Of a stretch of DNA of 64,000 nt, positions 38,295 to 53,199 are shown in pieces. Within the stretch, counting starts at the first letter, position 1. Every line of letters begins with the position of its first letter. The notes below the pieces were generated by a model. It made no database searches. It was not told the DNA's origin and saw nothing but the letters and a program-made list of their open reading frames with translations. Source of the stretch: an uncultured delta proteobacterium (GTDB lineage: Bacteria; Desulfobacterota; Desulfuromonadia; Geobacterales; Pseudopelobacteraceae); the NCBI GenBank assembly GCA_963772835.1, contig CAVYYZ010000002.1, positions 448,001 through 512,000 on the forward strand, given 5' to 3'. A program made the position numbers and the translations under genes.

Positions 38295-38380
38295 AAGGCA
38301 GAAATCAGATCTTCGACGCCGACCCCATCCATCGCACTACGCAATGGCAGGTACCCGTTTATACAGCAGTTTTCGCGTCA

Positions 38381-38409
38381 TTGACTTTCGCGGCTGCTTC
38401 CTTTATACT
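38381..38409 (+). promoter_or_regulatory. sigma70 promoter directly abutting the mltD start
   Basis: TTGACT-17 nt-TATACT, ATG 8 nt downstream. Confidence 0.65.
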
Positions 38410-38417
38410 TCCCCGCT

Positions 38418-39914
38418 ATGAAGATGATCAATCACTTTAAATATCTCGGCATCGTCCTGGCCGCCATGTTTTACGCGCTGCCTGTTGCTGCAACAGAGCC
38501 GATTCAGCCCCTGCTCGCTGAATTGACCCGGCCGAATGCTCCATCACTCGAACCATCTGAATTGCCTGCGCTTGTTCCTACTGCTAGTCTGGGAGTTGCG
38601 GGCCCCGCTTCGCCCGTAGCAACGCTGTTTTCACTTGAAGATTTGCGCAACTCCGGTGATGATGGCAATGATTTAGAGATGCCCGATGTCGATCTGCCGA
38701 TTTCCGATATCCCGTTGACGCTGAACAGTAAGGTTGAATATTTCCTGTACTATTTTCAGACCAGCAGCAAACCGTCCTTCTCTCGATGGCTCTCACACTC
38801 TTCCCGTTATATTCCGATGATGAAAGAGATTCTAAAACGGGAAGGAATGCCGGAAGATCTGGTGTATGTAGCCATGATTGAGAGCGGGTTCCAGATGCAT
38901 GCCCGCTCCTGGGCCAATGCGGTCGGTCCGTGGCAGTTTATCTCCGACACCGGACGACGCTATGACTTGCGAATCGACCAGTGGATTGATGAACGCAAAG
39001 ACCCAGTTAAGGCAACCACCGCAGCAGCGCTGTACCTGAAGGAGCTGTACGGCATATTCAAAGGGGACTGGTATCTGGCGGCAGCAGGCTACAATGCCGG
39101 CGAGAATAAGATTCTCCGTGCCATCAGCATGTACAATACCAGCGACTTCTGGGAAATTTCGCGCGGTTCTTACCTGAAGCGCGAAACGAAGGAATATGTC
39201 CCCAAACTTCTGGCCGCAGCTATTATTGCCAAGGATCCCGCGCGCTACGGTTTTACCGACATAGCCTACCTGACACCAATTGAATACGACACCGTTACTA
39301 TACCGACCCGTACCAATCTTGACCTTGCTGCAAAACTGAGCAACACAACCTACGAATCAATCAAGGAGCTTAATCCCGACCTGCGGCACTGGTGCACCCC
39401 ACCGAACTATCCCGACTATCAGCTCAAAATCCCGAAAGGAAGCAAACAGCTTTTTGAGACTGAATACGCCAAGATTCCGGAAGACCATCGTTATACGGAA
39501 CGGGTTCTGTATAACCGTTATCAGGCGCGCGGGAAGGATACGCTCAAAAGCGTAGCCCGACGCTTCGGAACAACACCTGCGATACTTGCAGAGCTGAACG
39601 GCCTGCACTCCAAAAAAAGCCGTATAGCCGGAAAGTCACTGCTCGTGCCGGCCAAACAGACCTTTGACTTCAGCCATGAAGGGCGAACGGCCCGATCAAC
39701 TGCTCCAGAGAAGGGGAGTTACGCGAAATATTACACGATAAAAAGGGGCGATACCCTCGGTTCTCTTTCAAAACGTTTTAATGTATCGACCAAACTGCTC
39801 TCTGCCTGGAACAATCTGAAAACAAAAGTGGCTCTTAAGCCGGGCCGGCGTATTGTTATAGCAAAGTTCACTGAAAAGAACGGAGAGATGGTTCCGGCAG
39901 AAGCTAAGAGCTGA
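38418..39914 (+). CDS. mltD: MltD-like lytic transglycosylase with LysM domains
   Basis: MIESG, AVGPWQF, AGYNAGE, ETKEYVPK, LysM repeats. Confidence 0.88.
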   Translation: MKMINHFKYLGIVLAAMFYALPVAATEPIQPLLAELTRPNAPSLEPSELPALVPTASLGVAGPASPVATLFSLEDLRNSGDDGNDLEMPDVDLPISDIPLTLNSKVEYFLYYFQTSSKPSFSRWLSHSSRYIPMMKEILKREGMPEDLVYVAMIESGFQMHARSWANAVGPWQFISDTGRRYDLRIDQWIDERKDPVKATTAAALYLKELYGIFKGDWYLAAAGYNAGENKILRAISMYNTSDFWEISRGSYLKRETKEYVPKLLAAAIIAKDPARYGFTDIAYLTPIEYDTVTIPTRTNLDLAAKLSNTTYESIKELNPDLRHWCTPPNYPDYQLKIPKGSKQLFETEYAKIPEDHRYTERVLYNRYQARGKDTLKSVARRFGTTPAILAELNGLHSKKSRIAGKSLLVPAKQTFDFSHEGRTARSTAPEKGSYAKYYTIKRGDTLGSLSKRFNVSTKLLSAWNNLKTKVALKPGRRIVIAKFTEKNGEMVPAEAKS

Positions 39915-39957
39915 CTCACGTTTATCCTATTGTCTCTTCGAATGAAAGGAAGTCCCG

Positions 39958-40698
39958 ATGTATAATATTCTGATCTCTGCAGCTGCTGCAGTCGCCGTGC
40001 TGCTGATACTTGTTTTTGTCCTCAAACTGGCCTGGTGGGTCTCGCTGATAATCGGCCTGATAGTTTTCGCGCTGATTTTTGTCCTTTTTTCCCGCATCAC
40101 CATGAAGAAGGTCATGCTGTCGATAGAAACGGCAGGTAAGGATTTACAGGCCCAGCCCCCTCGTTTTGAAAAAGCGATCAGGGAATTGAAAGAAGCTTTA
40201 CAGTATAGCAAATGGCAGCTGTATGTGGAGGGGCAAGTCAATTCACAGATCGGCATGATATATTATATGAAACGTGACTTTTCAAATGCCTTCCCCTATC
40301 TGGAAAAGTCCTTTTTCAAAAACTGGGCCGCGACTGCCATGCTGGCAGTCTCCTACATGAAGCGCCAGAAGAGAGACAAGATGATCAGCACTTTTGAGCG
40401 GGCTATCCAATGGAACCGCAAGGAGTCGCTACTCTGGAGTCTCTACGCGTATTGCATGAACGAGGGTGGCGATTCAGTAAAAGCCAAAGAGATACTTGCA
40501 AAAGGTCTGAAAAAGCTTCCGGGTGACGAAAAATTGAAGGACAATCTTGAGTGTCTGGAAAAGGGCAAAAAAATGAATATGCGGGCGTATGGGGATTTAT
40601 GGTTTCAGTTCCACCTTGAAAGCCTGGGCGCTCTTCAGAAGCACCAGATGGCATCTATGGGTGGCCGGATGCAGCGAAGGATGTCAGCTAAAAGATAA
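39958..40698 (+). CDS. Membrane-anchored TPR-like hypothetical protein
   Basis: Two N-terminal TM helices, helical repeats; AAGGA RBS. Confidence 0.75.
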   Translation: MYNILISAAAAVAVLLILVFVLKLAWWVSLIIGLIVFALIFVLFSRITMKKVMLSIETAGKDLQAQPPRFEKAIRELKEALQYSKWQLYVEGQVNSQIGMIYYMKRDFSNAFPYLEKSFFKNWAATAMLAVSYMKRQKRDKMISTFERAIQWNRKESLLWSLYAYCMNEGGDSVKAKEILAKGLKKLPGDEKLKDNLECLEKGKKMNMRAYGDLWFQFHLESLGALQKHQMASMGGRMQRRMSAKR

Positions 40699-40727
40699 AA
40701 GAGAGGGTCCGAAAGGGCCCTTCTCTC
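40699..40727. terminator. Hairpin between convergent genes
   Basis: GAGAGGGTCC-GAAA-GGGCCCTTCTCT. Confidence 0.6.
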
Positions 40728-40736
40728 ATACAGAAT

Positions 40737-42053
40737 TTATTTCGGGGAATGTTTCTTCCAAAAAGAGCGCAGTGCGTTATAGCACCCTTCGGGTGTTGAA
40801 TCAAAAACCACAACCGGCCGGCAGAGCCGACTTTCCAGATCATCCAGAGCAATGTCATCAAGAAATATGCCTTCCCCTTCTTTCAGCATCACATCCGGTA
40901 CGAGAAGGCAGGAACCAATATTTAGACTGGCCAGCGCTGCAACTATATCATTACCGGCAATCAGTCCACTCACCGTTATACTCGGTCCGAAAAGCTTATT
41001 TTCTACTGCAACGGGAACAATATCGACACCGCATTTTTCTGCCAACTGCTCCAGAAAACCACTCACAAATCCAAATGAGGATACGCCGGTGACCACAGTT
41101 GCCCGGAACGGACCAAGCGGCCGAATTCTACGCAGCAACCGGGCGGCTTCCTTCATAAAAAGCGGTACCATGCCAACACCGTTCTCTATTTGCGGGAAAT
41201 TACCATATTCTTTTATTGGGGGGAATGGCAGACCAGCCTTGAGGTAAAATTCGTCTGCAAGAAACAGAAAAGGGTGTCGTAGCTTTCTACTCAGAGCTTT
41301 TGCTTTAGGCTGCCAGATTGCAATGATTTCCCGGGCACAATCGCAATCAACCGGTGTTAATTGCGTCAATTTCTGACGATGGCCGGTAAGCCCGAGGGGG
41401 ACTATCGCTATTGATTGCACAGCAGGAGAGAGATCAACCAGTTCGGCCACGGTTCGTTGCAGTTCTTCACCGTCATTCAGTCCGGGACAGAGGACCACCT
41501 GCGTATGCATGACTATCCGGGCGTCAGCCAACCGCCGTAACTGGTCAATAATGCAAGGGATACCGGGCTTACCGAGCATACGTTCGCGCAAAGAAGGATT
41601 GGTTGCGTGGACTGAAATATATAACGGGGAGAGACGCTGCTCTATGATGCGGTTCAACGCTGCAGTTTTAAGGTTGGCCAAAGTGACGTAATTACCGTTT
41701 AAAAAGGAAAGGCGATAATCTTCATCTTTTACATAGAGAGGCTTTCGGAGCCCTTTAGGAAGTTGATGCACAAAACAGAAGACACAGTTGTTTGAGCAAC
41801 GGGCGGGAACAGGGGGAGAAAAAATAAGACCAAGCGACTCTTCCGCATGGCGCTCAACCTCCAACTCCCACAATTCGCCATCCTGCTTTTCAATCTCCAG
41901 CAGCAACGATTCCTCAGAAGCAGTGTAGTAGCTGTAATCAATCAGATCACGCAACAGCACCCCGTTAACAGCAACCAGGCTGTCACCTGCCGCCACCTCC
42001 AATCCGTCAGCTATCGAACCGGGGGTGACTGAATGAATCTTCAGGCCGGCCAT
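40737..42053 (-). CDS. DUF512 radical-SAM-like protein with N-terminal PDZ
   Basis: CSNNCVFCF, KDEDYRLSFL.GNYVTL, ADEFY, PQIENGVG. Confidence 0.88.
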   Translation of the reverse strand: MAGLKIHSVTPGSIADGLEVAAGDSLVAVNGVLLRDLIDYSYYTASEESLLLEIEKQDGELWELEVERHAEESLGLIFSPPVPARCSNNCVFCFVHQLPKGLRKPLYVKDEDYRLSFLNGNYVTLANLKTAALNRIIEQRLSPLYISVHATNPSLRERMLGKPGIPCIIDQLRRLADARIVMHTQVVLCPGLNDGEELQRTVAELVDLSPAVQSIAIVPLGLTGHRQKLTQLTPVDCDCAREIIAIWQPKAKALSRKLRHPFLFLADEFYLKAGLPFPPIKEYGNFPQIENGVGMVPLFMKEAARLLRRIRPLGPFRATVVTGVSSFGFVSGFLEQLAEKCGVDIVPVAVENKLFGPSITVSGLIAGNDIVAALASLNIGSCLLVPDVMLKEGEGIFLDDIALDDLESRLCRPVVVFDSTPEGCYNALRSFWKKHSPK

Positions 42054-42093
42054 CTCTACTCCCGGTAAAACCCTGAACCGTAAAAGGCCTGCA

Positions 42094-42318
42094 TTACTGG
42101 TGCAGCCTGAAAGAACCATCTACCGCAGTGATCGTAGCGATGGCATGCTTGTAAATCAGCATATCCCCACCGGAGTCAAGCAAAACAGAGAAGTTATCGA
42201 ATGATTTTATGAATCCCTCAAGTCTGCCACCCGACATCATGACAACTGCAAGCCGCACACGCTCCTTACGGGCCTGATTAAGATACTGGTCCTGGATATT
42301 GAAGGGTGCCTTTGACAT
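42094..42318 (-). CDS. hfq: RNA chaperone Hfq
   Basis: NIQDQYLN, SFDNF, IYKHAI; downstream of miaA. Confidence 0.95.
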   Translation of the reverse strand: MSKAPFNIQDQYLNQARKERVRLAVVMMSGGRLEGFIKSFDNFSVLLDSGGDMLIYKHAIATITAVDGSFRLHQ

Positions 42319-42323
42319 TGTAG

Positions 42324-43265
42324 TTACGCCTCCCGCTGTTCAAAAAAATCAATTGCACGCCGGTGTATAATATCAAATTTCTCGGGATATTCAAACCACA
42401 ATATATCCGGATCGGCCTTAAACCAGGTCAGTTGGCGCTTGGCATAGTGCCGCGTATCGCGCTTAATCAAGCGCGTGGTCTCCTCTTCTGAAAGTTCTCC
42501 GCAAAGGTGAGAAACCGCTTCCTTATACCCAATCGACCGCATCGCCTTGAGTTCCCGCCCGAACCCGGAAGCCAATAATCCGCTTACTTCGTTCAGCAGG
42601 CCAGCGTCCAGCATCTGATCAACCCGCAGATCTATTCGCCTGTACAACTCTGCGCGATCCACCAAGATGCCGATTTGCAGCGTGGCATAACGTCGGGTGG
42701 CAAATGAATGTTCCTTTTGATATCGTGAAAGAGGAACTCCTGTCAGCTGATATACTTCCAGAGCGCGTATGATTCGAACCAGATTGTTTGGGTGCAGGCC
42801 TGCCGCAAGCTCAGGATCGACCTGTGTCAGGCGCCTCAGCATAGCTTCATTGCCTGACCTGTTCGCCTCCTCCTGCAAAGCGTCACGGATTTCACCTGCC
42901 CCGCTTGGCGAATCGACCAGACCGTTGACCAGAGTCCTGATGTAGAGACCGGTGCCGCCAACCACAATAACGCGTTTACCTCGACTGGTTATGTCACTGA
43001 TCGCTGCATCCGCAGCAACAGAAAAATCAGCGGCAGAAAAAGGTTGGTCAGGGTCGGCCACATCGATCAGATGGTGCCGAATTTCGGCTTGCTGATCCAT
43101 CGAAGGTTTTGCGGTACCGATATTCAAACGCCGGAAAATTTGCAGAGAGTCAGCATTAACGATCTCAGCATCAAGTTCATGCGCAAGTCGAAGGGCAAGC
43201 TCACTCTTGCCGGAAGCAGTCGGCCCGCAGACCACAAGGATTTTAATCTCTGGGGAGGGAGTCAT
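42324..43265 (-). CDS. miaA: tRNA dimethylallyltransferase
   Basis: GPTASGKS, DS.Q, GGTGLY, RALE, YAKRQLTW. Confidence 0.97.
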   Translation of the reverse strand: MTPSPEIKILVVCGPTASGKSELALRLAHELDAEIVNADSLQIFRRLNIGTAKPSMDQQAEIRHHLIDVADPDQPFSAADFSVAADAAISDITSRGKRVIVVGGTGLYIRTLVNGLVDSPSGAGEIRDALQEEANRSGNEAMLRRLTQVDPELAAGLHPNNLVRIIRALEVYQLTGVPLSRYQKEHSFATRRYATLQIGILVDRAELYRRIDLRVDQMLDAGLLNEVSGLLASGFGRELKAMRSIGYKEAVSHLCGELSEEETTRLIKRDTRHYAKRQLTWFKADPDILWFEYPEKFDIIHRRAIDFFEQREA

Positions 43266-45082
43266 GTCCGTTTAAATATTTTCTGCAACTCTGCCAGAGT
43301 AACATTGTGGGACACAGGACGACCATGCGGGCAGCTGGCGGCAAAGTCCGTCTGATCCATACGATAAAGCAATTCCTTGATCTGGCCGACTGAAAGGGGA
43401 TGAAAACCACGAATAACAGAGTGGCATGCGATACGGGAAAGCAAACTTTCCAGGGTGTCATTAAAGGCGACACTTGTGCCGAATCGATCAAGATCCGCCA
43501 GAATATCTCGGATCAGATTGATCGAATCCTTTTGCACTACCAGACGGGGAACCGCTGAAACAATGACTGTCGTACCGCCAAACGGCTCAATCTCAAAACC
43601 GATTTCGGCCAGATCTGTACTGAACCTTTTCGCCAGCTCTACTTCTGTGAAAGAGAGTTCGACTGTTTCGGAAAACAACAGACGTTGTGACTCGATCCCG
43701 CTCGTGAGACTCTGCTGCTTCAGGAGCTGATATGCTACCCGTTCACTGGCGGCATGCTGGTCGATAATCACCAGCCCGGAATCCGACTGGCATATAATAT
43801 ATTCACTATGAAACTGACCGATAATCGACAGTGAGGAAAAATAGCCGGCCGGTTCCGGTTGCTGACTCTCCGGCAGAAAGGATGTGCCAGTTTCACAGAC
43901 AGTGACTGCCTGTTCCGGCGATATCATTGGAGTCGCGGCTGCTGTTATATTTTGCTGAACCTGCTGAATGTGGTATTGCTGACGTGGGGAAAGAACCAAT
44001 GAAGACTGGGCCGCAGCAGCGAGCCGTTCGCGTCGGGCCTGTCCGGAGTCTCCGCTCTTTACATTTTCAATAACCCGCGGATCCGTTAACCATGGAGAAG
44101 TGCGCAGCACTTTTTCTATCGCATTCTGAATGGCATCATGAACAACTGATTGACGCCTGAACCGGACTTCATGCTTGGTTGGGTGGACATTTACATCCAC
44201 TTCCTCCGGAGTAAGTTCAATGAATAGAGCCACAACAGGGTAGCGGCCACGGTCGATGACTCCCCGGTAGGCCTGCATTACAGCATGCTGCACAACTCTG
44301 TCACGAATAAAACGCCCGTTAATATACGTATAAATTGACTGAGTTCCTGATCGCGCCACTGACGGTCCGGAAACAAAACCAATTATTGACGCATAGTCAT
44401 CCCCACCTTTGACAGGGTGGAGATAGGGAGAACTTGTCCTTCCAACAACCTGAGAAAGACGTCGGAGCAGGTCACTACGCTGCAGTCGAAGCAGATCCCG
44501 CTCATCACTTGTACAGGAGAATGCGACATCGGGGCGTGAAACTGCCATTTGAGTGATAACATCGGCAGCATGTCCGGCCTCGGTTTCGGCGCTCTTCATG
44601 AATTTAAGTCGGGCAGGAAGATTGAAAAATATCTGTTCAACGACTATTACGGTACCGGGCGCCATGCCACAAGCCCTGACATTACGGATTCTTCCACCTT
44701 CCACGACGATCTCAGTACCTTCCGGGCTATCAACCTCACGTGTTGCAAGTGAAAACCGGGAAACCGATGCGATCGAAGGGAGGGCTTCCCCTCGAAAACC
44801 GAGTGTTATAATTTTATCCAGATCACCGTCAGTTTTTATTTTGCTGGTGGCGTGCCGCTCCAATGAAAGAAGAGCATCCTCGCGTGACATGCCATGGCCG
44901 TTATCAGTAACGCGTATCAGTCGTCTTCCGCCGGCTCTTATCTCTACTGATATATCTGTCGCACCGGCATCAAGAGCATTTTCGATCAGCTCCTTTATAA
45001 CAGAAGCAGGACGCTCGACAACCTCTCCAGCTGCTATCTTGTTGGTAAGTGATTCTGGCAGAATAGTAATACGCTGGGACAT
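43262..45082 (-). CDS. mutL: DNA mismatch repair endonuclease
   Basis: IAAGEVVERP, HATSK, GFRGEAL, DQHAASER, CPHGRP; AGGAG RBS. Confidence 0.97.
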   Translation of the reverse strand: MSQRITILPESLTNKIAAGEVVERPASVIKELIENALDAGATDISVEIRAGGRRLIRVTDNGHGMSREDALLSLERHATSKIKTDGDLDKIITLGFRGEALPSIASVSRFSLATREVDSPEGTEIVVEGGRIRNVRACGMAPGTVIVVEQIFFNLPARLKFMKSAETEAGHAADVITQMAVSRPDVAFSCTSDERDLLRLQRSDLLRRLSQVVGRTSSPYLHPVKGGDDYASIIGFVSGPSVARSGTQSIYTYINGRFIRDRVVQHAVMQAYRGVIDRGRYPVVALFIELTPEEVDVNVHPTKHEVRFRRQSVVHDAIQNAIEKVLRTSPWLTDPRVIENVKSGDSGQARRERLAAAAQSSLVLSPRQQYHIQQVQQNITAAATPMISPEQAVTVCETGTSFLPESQQPEPAGYFSSLSIIGQFHSEYIICQSDSGLVIIDQHAASERVAYQLLKQQSLTSGIESQRLLFSETVELSFTEVELAKRFSTDLAEIGFEIEPFGGTTVIVSAVPRLVVQKDSINLIRDILADLDRFGTSVAFNDTLESLLSRIACHSVIRGFHPLSVGQIKELLYRMDQTDFAASCPHGRPVSHNVTLAELQKIFKRT

Positions 45083-45100
45083 AATCGCTCCTGCTTGTAC

Positions 45101-45128
45101 AAAAAAAGAGCGGGGCAACCCGCTCTTG
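45101..45128 (-). terminator. Terminator-like hairpin just upstream of the mutL RBS
   Basis: Minus: AAGAGCGGG-TTGC-CCCGCTCTTTTTTT. Confidence 0.7.
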
Positions 45129-45299
45129 ATGGAAGTTATAACGAATTTTAGTACGCAGTGCGATAGATATTTTTTTGCACTTTCTGTCTAAATAACCTAT
45201 TCCGAAACGACTTTATCCTGTAAATATGGGCGGCTGATAATAGCACTTTCACTTATCCAGTTGATAAAGGTTCAGTGAAGAGTGACCAACCGTGAATAA

Positions 45300-45884
45300 T
45301 TATTTTGAAACGTTCTCTTTCGCATCACCGAAAAGAGAATCGAAATCGTCCGGGGCCTCTTTGCTTTCAGGTGTTGCTGCAGTCGGAGTATCATCCCATG
45401 AAAAACTTTCAAGATCAAATTCGCCTGGCCCGGACGAAGGACTCGCATCCGTTTTTTCTGCCGCAGGAATTTTGCCGAACGTCGTTGGTGCCTGAGCAGC
45501 AAAGGGGTTCTCTTCAATCTGTGAAGTCGACTCAAGAAGATCTGCAAAAACATCATCTTCTGACTTTGTACTCCCCGATTGTTTCACGTCGGAAGAATGA
45601 TCGTCAAAGTCAAACGGGTCATCGGTGCCATGAGTAGATTCAGCTGATGAAACATCGGGAAGATCAAAAGAAAATATGTCATCATGTGCTTCAATAGTTT
45701 CACTGATCTGGCCGGTCACAGAAACTGCCGACCGGTATTCATCCGCTAAACTTTCTTTTGCTTCAAGGGGGAGAACCAGTGAAGTAATAGAATAGGTTTG
45801 CTTATAACTGATCAAATCACTTGAACACTTTTTACAACTGTCATAGTATTCAAAACTATTATATCCGCACTTTGGACATTTCAT
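45300..45884 (-). CDS. Zinc-ribbon protein with acidic disordered tail
   Basis: MKCPKCG..CKKC; AGGAG RBS; D/E-rich C-terminus. Confidence 0.75.
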   Translation of the reverse strand: MKCPKCGYNSFEYYDSCKKCSSDLISYKQTYSITSLVLPLEAKESLADEYRSAVSVTGQISETIEAHDDIFSFDLPDVSSAESTHGTDDPFDFDDHSSDVKQSGSTKSEDDVFADLLESTSQIEENPFAAQAPTTFGKIPAAEKTDASPSSGPGEFDLESFSWDDTPTAATPESKEAPDDFDSLFGDAKENVSK

Positions 45885-45908
45885 TAGCGGCTCCTTGACT
45901 TCATTCAA

Positions 45909-46655
45909 TCACAACTCGCCAGATATATACTGTATTATTGCAAGAATAGCAATACCTGCCGTTTCAGTTCTCAGTATCCTGGTGCCGAGTGAAACCGGTT
46001 GGAATCCATTATCGATAAAGTGACGTACCTCTAAAGGATCAAAACCTCCCTCCGGCCCAATTGCCACGATGACTGACGGAGGTATTTCTCCGGCAGAGAT
46101 GACGTCTTTCAGTGAGTTCTGCCTTTCTCCCTCCCAGAGAATCAACCGGAGTATATGACCACTATCTCTCGAAGCCTCAACTGAGCTTGGACACCACGTC
46201 ACCTCAGGAATATCTGGCCGTCCGCATTGACGTGCGGCCTCTGTCGTGATCCTGTTCCAACGCTCCAGCTTAGTAAGCTGATTATCATCACGGACTTTAG
46301 CAACTGAGCGACGACCGCCAAACAGGCAGAAATTGTGGACACCGAGCTCGGTACCCTTCTGCAGTATCAGATCAATCTTATCCCCTTTGGGAAGTGCCTG
46401 ACAAATAGTAATCTGAGGGACCTTACTGTTACTCTCAACAGCAAGGCATGAAGAGGTGATAGTAACTTCCACAGTATCTTTGCCAACATGACTGATTATG
46501 CCATTATAGACCATGCTGTTTTCATCAGTCAACTGAACGGCATCTCCAGGCACCATACGCAGCACACGGACCATGTGTTTGAAAATATCTCCGTCAAATG
46601 AGGCACAATTCTCACGAATATTTCGTGACAGTATCATAAAACGGCGCGCGCTCAT
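45909..46655 (-). CDS. rsmE: 16S rRNA m3U1498 methyltransferase
   Basis: HMVRVLR, QKGTELGV, EAARQC, IGPEGGF, LGTRILRTETA. Confidence 0.96.
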   Translation of the reverse strand: MSARRFMILSRNIRENCASFDGDIFKHMVRVLRMVPGDAVQLTDENSMVYNGIISHVGKDTVEVTITSSCLAVESNSKVPQITICQALPKGDKIDLILQKGTELGVHNFCLFGGRRSVAKVRDDNQLTKLERWNRITTEAARQCGRPDIPEVTWCPSSVEASRDSGHILRLILWEGERQNSLKDVISAGEIPPSVIVAIGPEGGFDPLEVRHFIDNGFQPVSLGTRILRTETAGIAILAIIQYISGEL

Positions 46656-47581
46656 GTACTCTGAATTTTTCTATACAGCATGGCAATCCATTCGCCGGCA
46701 GTAGATGTATGACAATACGTGAGCGGTTGTGAGGCGAATCCCTTACGTACAAGCTGTTCCTTTTCCATCAGAATGCCGGAGAGAATTAAAGAACTTCCGG
46801 GTTGCAGCCTGTCAGTAAGGAATGGAGCGAGGCGCACCAGTTCCTCTGCGAGAATATTTGCCAGAATAATATCAAATTTTTCATCAAGTGTTTCAAGAGG
46901 TGCTGTTCCGCATTCAATACGATCAGACATTTCATTAAGCTCAATATTTTCGCGGGCGACTTCAACTGCATCAGGGTCGATATCAAGGGCAAGAATCCGC
47001 CCTGCACCCAGCAGGTTCGCCGCCATTGCCAGTATTCCCGATCCGGTTCCCAGATCAAGCAGAGACGGCACTGTGAGTAGCGGACCTGTTTCCATGACAT
47101 ATTCCAGCATCTCCAGACAGAGACGCGTAGTTTCATGGCCGCCGGTTCCAAACGCCATTCCAGGATCGATGCGAATAACAAGATCGCCGGGCAACACGAC
47201 GGCCTCTTCCCAGGTAGGCATAATCAGGAGATGTTTTCCAACGCGGAGTGGTTTGAAATGAACTTTCCAACTGTTGCTCCAATCTTCGGAATTCACGGCG
47301 GAAAGCACAGGAGGTAGAAAGCTTGCTGCAGGATGCTGCTTGGTAAGATTTGACAGAAATGCATCAAGCTCATGCATATACTGTGATGGGTCATTGGCGG
47401 CTGACAGGTACGCCTTAATAACAACCCGGACAGATTCTGGAATTTCACTTACTGAGAAGGCATCAACACACTGATTATCAACGCAGACACCCTTTCCGGT
47501 AAGTTGTGTTAGAAATTCAGCAACAATGTCTGCGTGCTCTTCCGGAACATCACACGCTATTTCAAGCCATGATTCAATCAT
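46652..47581 (-). CDS. prmA: Ribosomal protein L11 methyltransferase
   Basis: EDW..W, DPGMAFGTGGHETT, DLGTGSGIL, ANI. Confidence 0.96.
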   Translation of the reverse strand: MIESWLEIACDVPEEHADIVAEFLTQLTGKGVCVDNQCVDAFSVSEIPESVRVVIKAYLSAANDPSQYMHELDAFLSNLTKQHPAASFLPPVLSAVNSEDWSNSWKVHFKPLRVGKHLLIMPTWEEAVVLPGDLVIRIDPGMAFGTGGHETTRLCLEMLEYVMETGPLLTVPSLLDLGTGSGILAMAANLLGAGRILALDIDPDAVEVARENIELNEMSDRIECGTAPLETLDEKFDIILANILAEELVRLAPFLTDRLQPGSSLILSGILMEKEQLVRKGFASQPLTYCHTSTAGEWIAMLYRKIQST

Positions 47582-47680
47582 GTCAAACCCTTAGAGGATG
47601 TATTTTTCGTGAAAAGTAGCAGATGAACCGACAGCTGACAACAGAAATCGACCAGCTGTTTTCCATTCATGTTTCAACGT

Positions 47681-47718
47681 AAAACGCCCCGCATCCATTT
47701 CTGGTTGCGGGGCGTTTT
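47681..47718 (-). terminator. rRNA operon terminator
   Basis: AAAACGCCCCGCA...TGCGGGGCGTTTT just past 5S. Confidence 0.85.
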
Positions 47719-47727
47719 GTATTAATT

Positions 47728-47844
<117 letters not shown>

Positions 47845-48030
47845 AATCTTTGGGGTGAGTGCTGAAGGTTAAGAGTGAGGGATTATCCTTGCACTTTTCA
47901 TGTTTCACGTTCAGCCAAATTGTTTCTTGGCAATTGCTTTGGATGGATAGTTTGTTGGTTTGTATGATTTGATTTGATTTATATCGACCTGGGGAGGGTT
48001 GCCCCTCCCCGGGCCGTATTTCATTTTTAT

Positions 48031-50980
<2,950 letters not shown>

Positions 50981-51161
50981 ATAAAAAATCGAAATCAATC
51001 TACAAATTAACATACAATTCAAGTAAATACGTACGCACTGAGTATGCATCTACCACCTAAACTATCCACTATGCAATTGTCAAAGAACTAAATCGTGAAT
51101 GTTGAATCCTGAATGGTGAAAAATAAACCCTAACTTGTCATCTTCACTCTCACAAAATTAT

Positions 51162-51237
51162 TGGTGGAGGTGAACGGGTTCGAACCGATGACCCCCTGCG
51201 TGCAAGGCAGGTGCTCTCCCAGCTGAGCTACACCCCC
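51162..51237 (-). tRNA. tRNA-Ala(UGC)
   Basis: GGGGGTGTAGCTCAGCTGGGAGAGC...TTGCAC...TCCACCA in the ITS. Confidence 0.96.
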
Positions 51238-51246
51238 AATAAAGGT

Positions 51247-51323
51247 TGGTGGGCCTGGCTGGACTCGAACCAGCGACCTCACGATTATCAGTCGTGTGCT
51301 CTAGCCAACTGAGCTACAAGCCC
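51247..51323 (-). tRNA. tRNA-Ile(GAU)
   Basis: GGGCTTGTAGCTCAGTTGG...CTGATAA...GGCCCACCA in the ITS. Confidence 0.96.
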
Positions 51324-51471
51324 ATCAAATCGTGTGATCGTTTTCACGATACACTTAAGTTGTAAAGAGCAAAAAACCAGAGAAGACTCTGGTCTCTCAA
51401 AACCGAATAGCAGTGTGATTTAAAGTGATTTGTGTTTGACCTAGGTAAGCTTGGAAGGTCTAGCCTTCTAG

Positions 51472-53038
<1,567 letters not shown>

Positions 53039-53137
53039 ATACTGATATAGTTTGAATACTTAAAACCCAAAATTTACTTCTGGCAAAAATATCTTGCACT
53101 TGGTGTTTCTTACAAATCACTTTAAAACTGCTATTCG

Positions 53138-53199
53138 GTTTTCAAAGACCAGATGTGCAAACGAACCGACAACATACCCAGATCAATCTCAACTGTCAA
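53138..53199 (-). promoter_or_regulatory. rRNA promoter and boxA
   Basis: Minus: TTGACA-17 nt-TATGTT followed by boxA-like GGTCTTTGAAAA. Confidence 0.65.
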
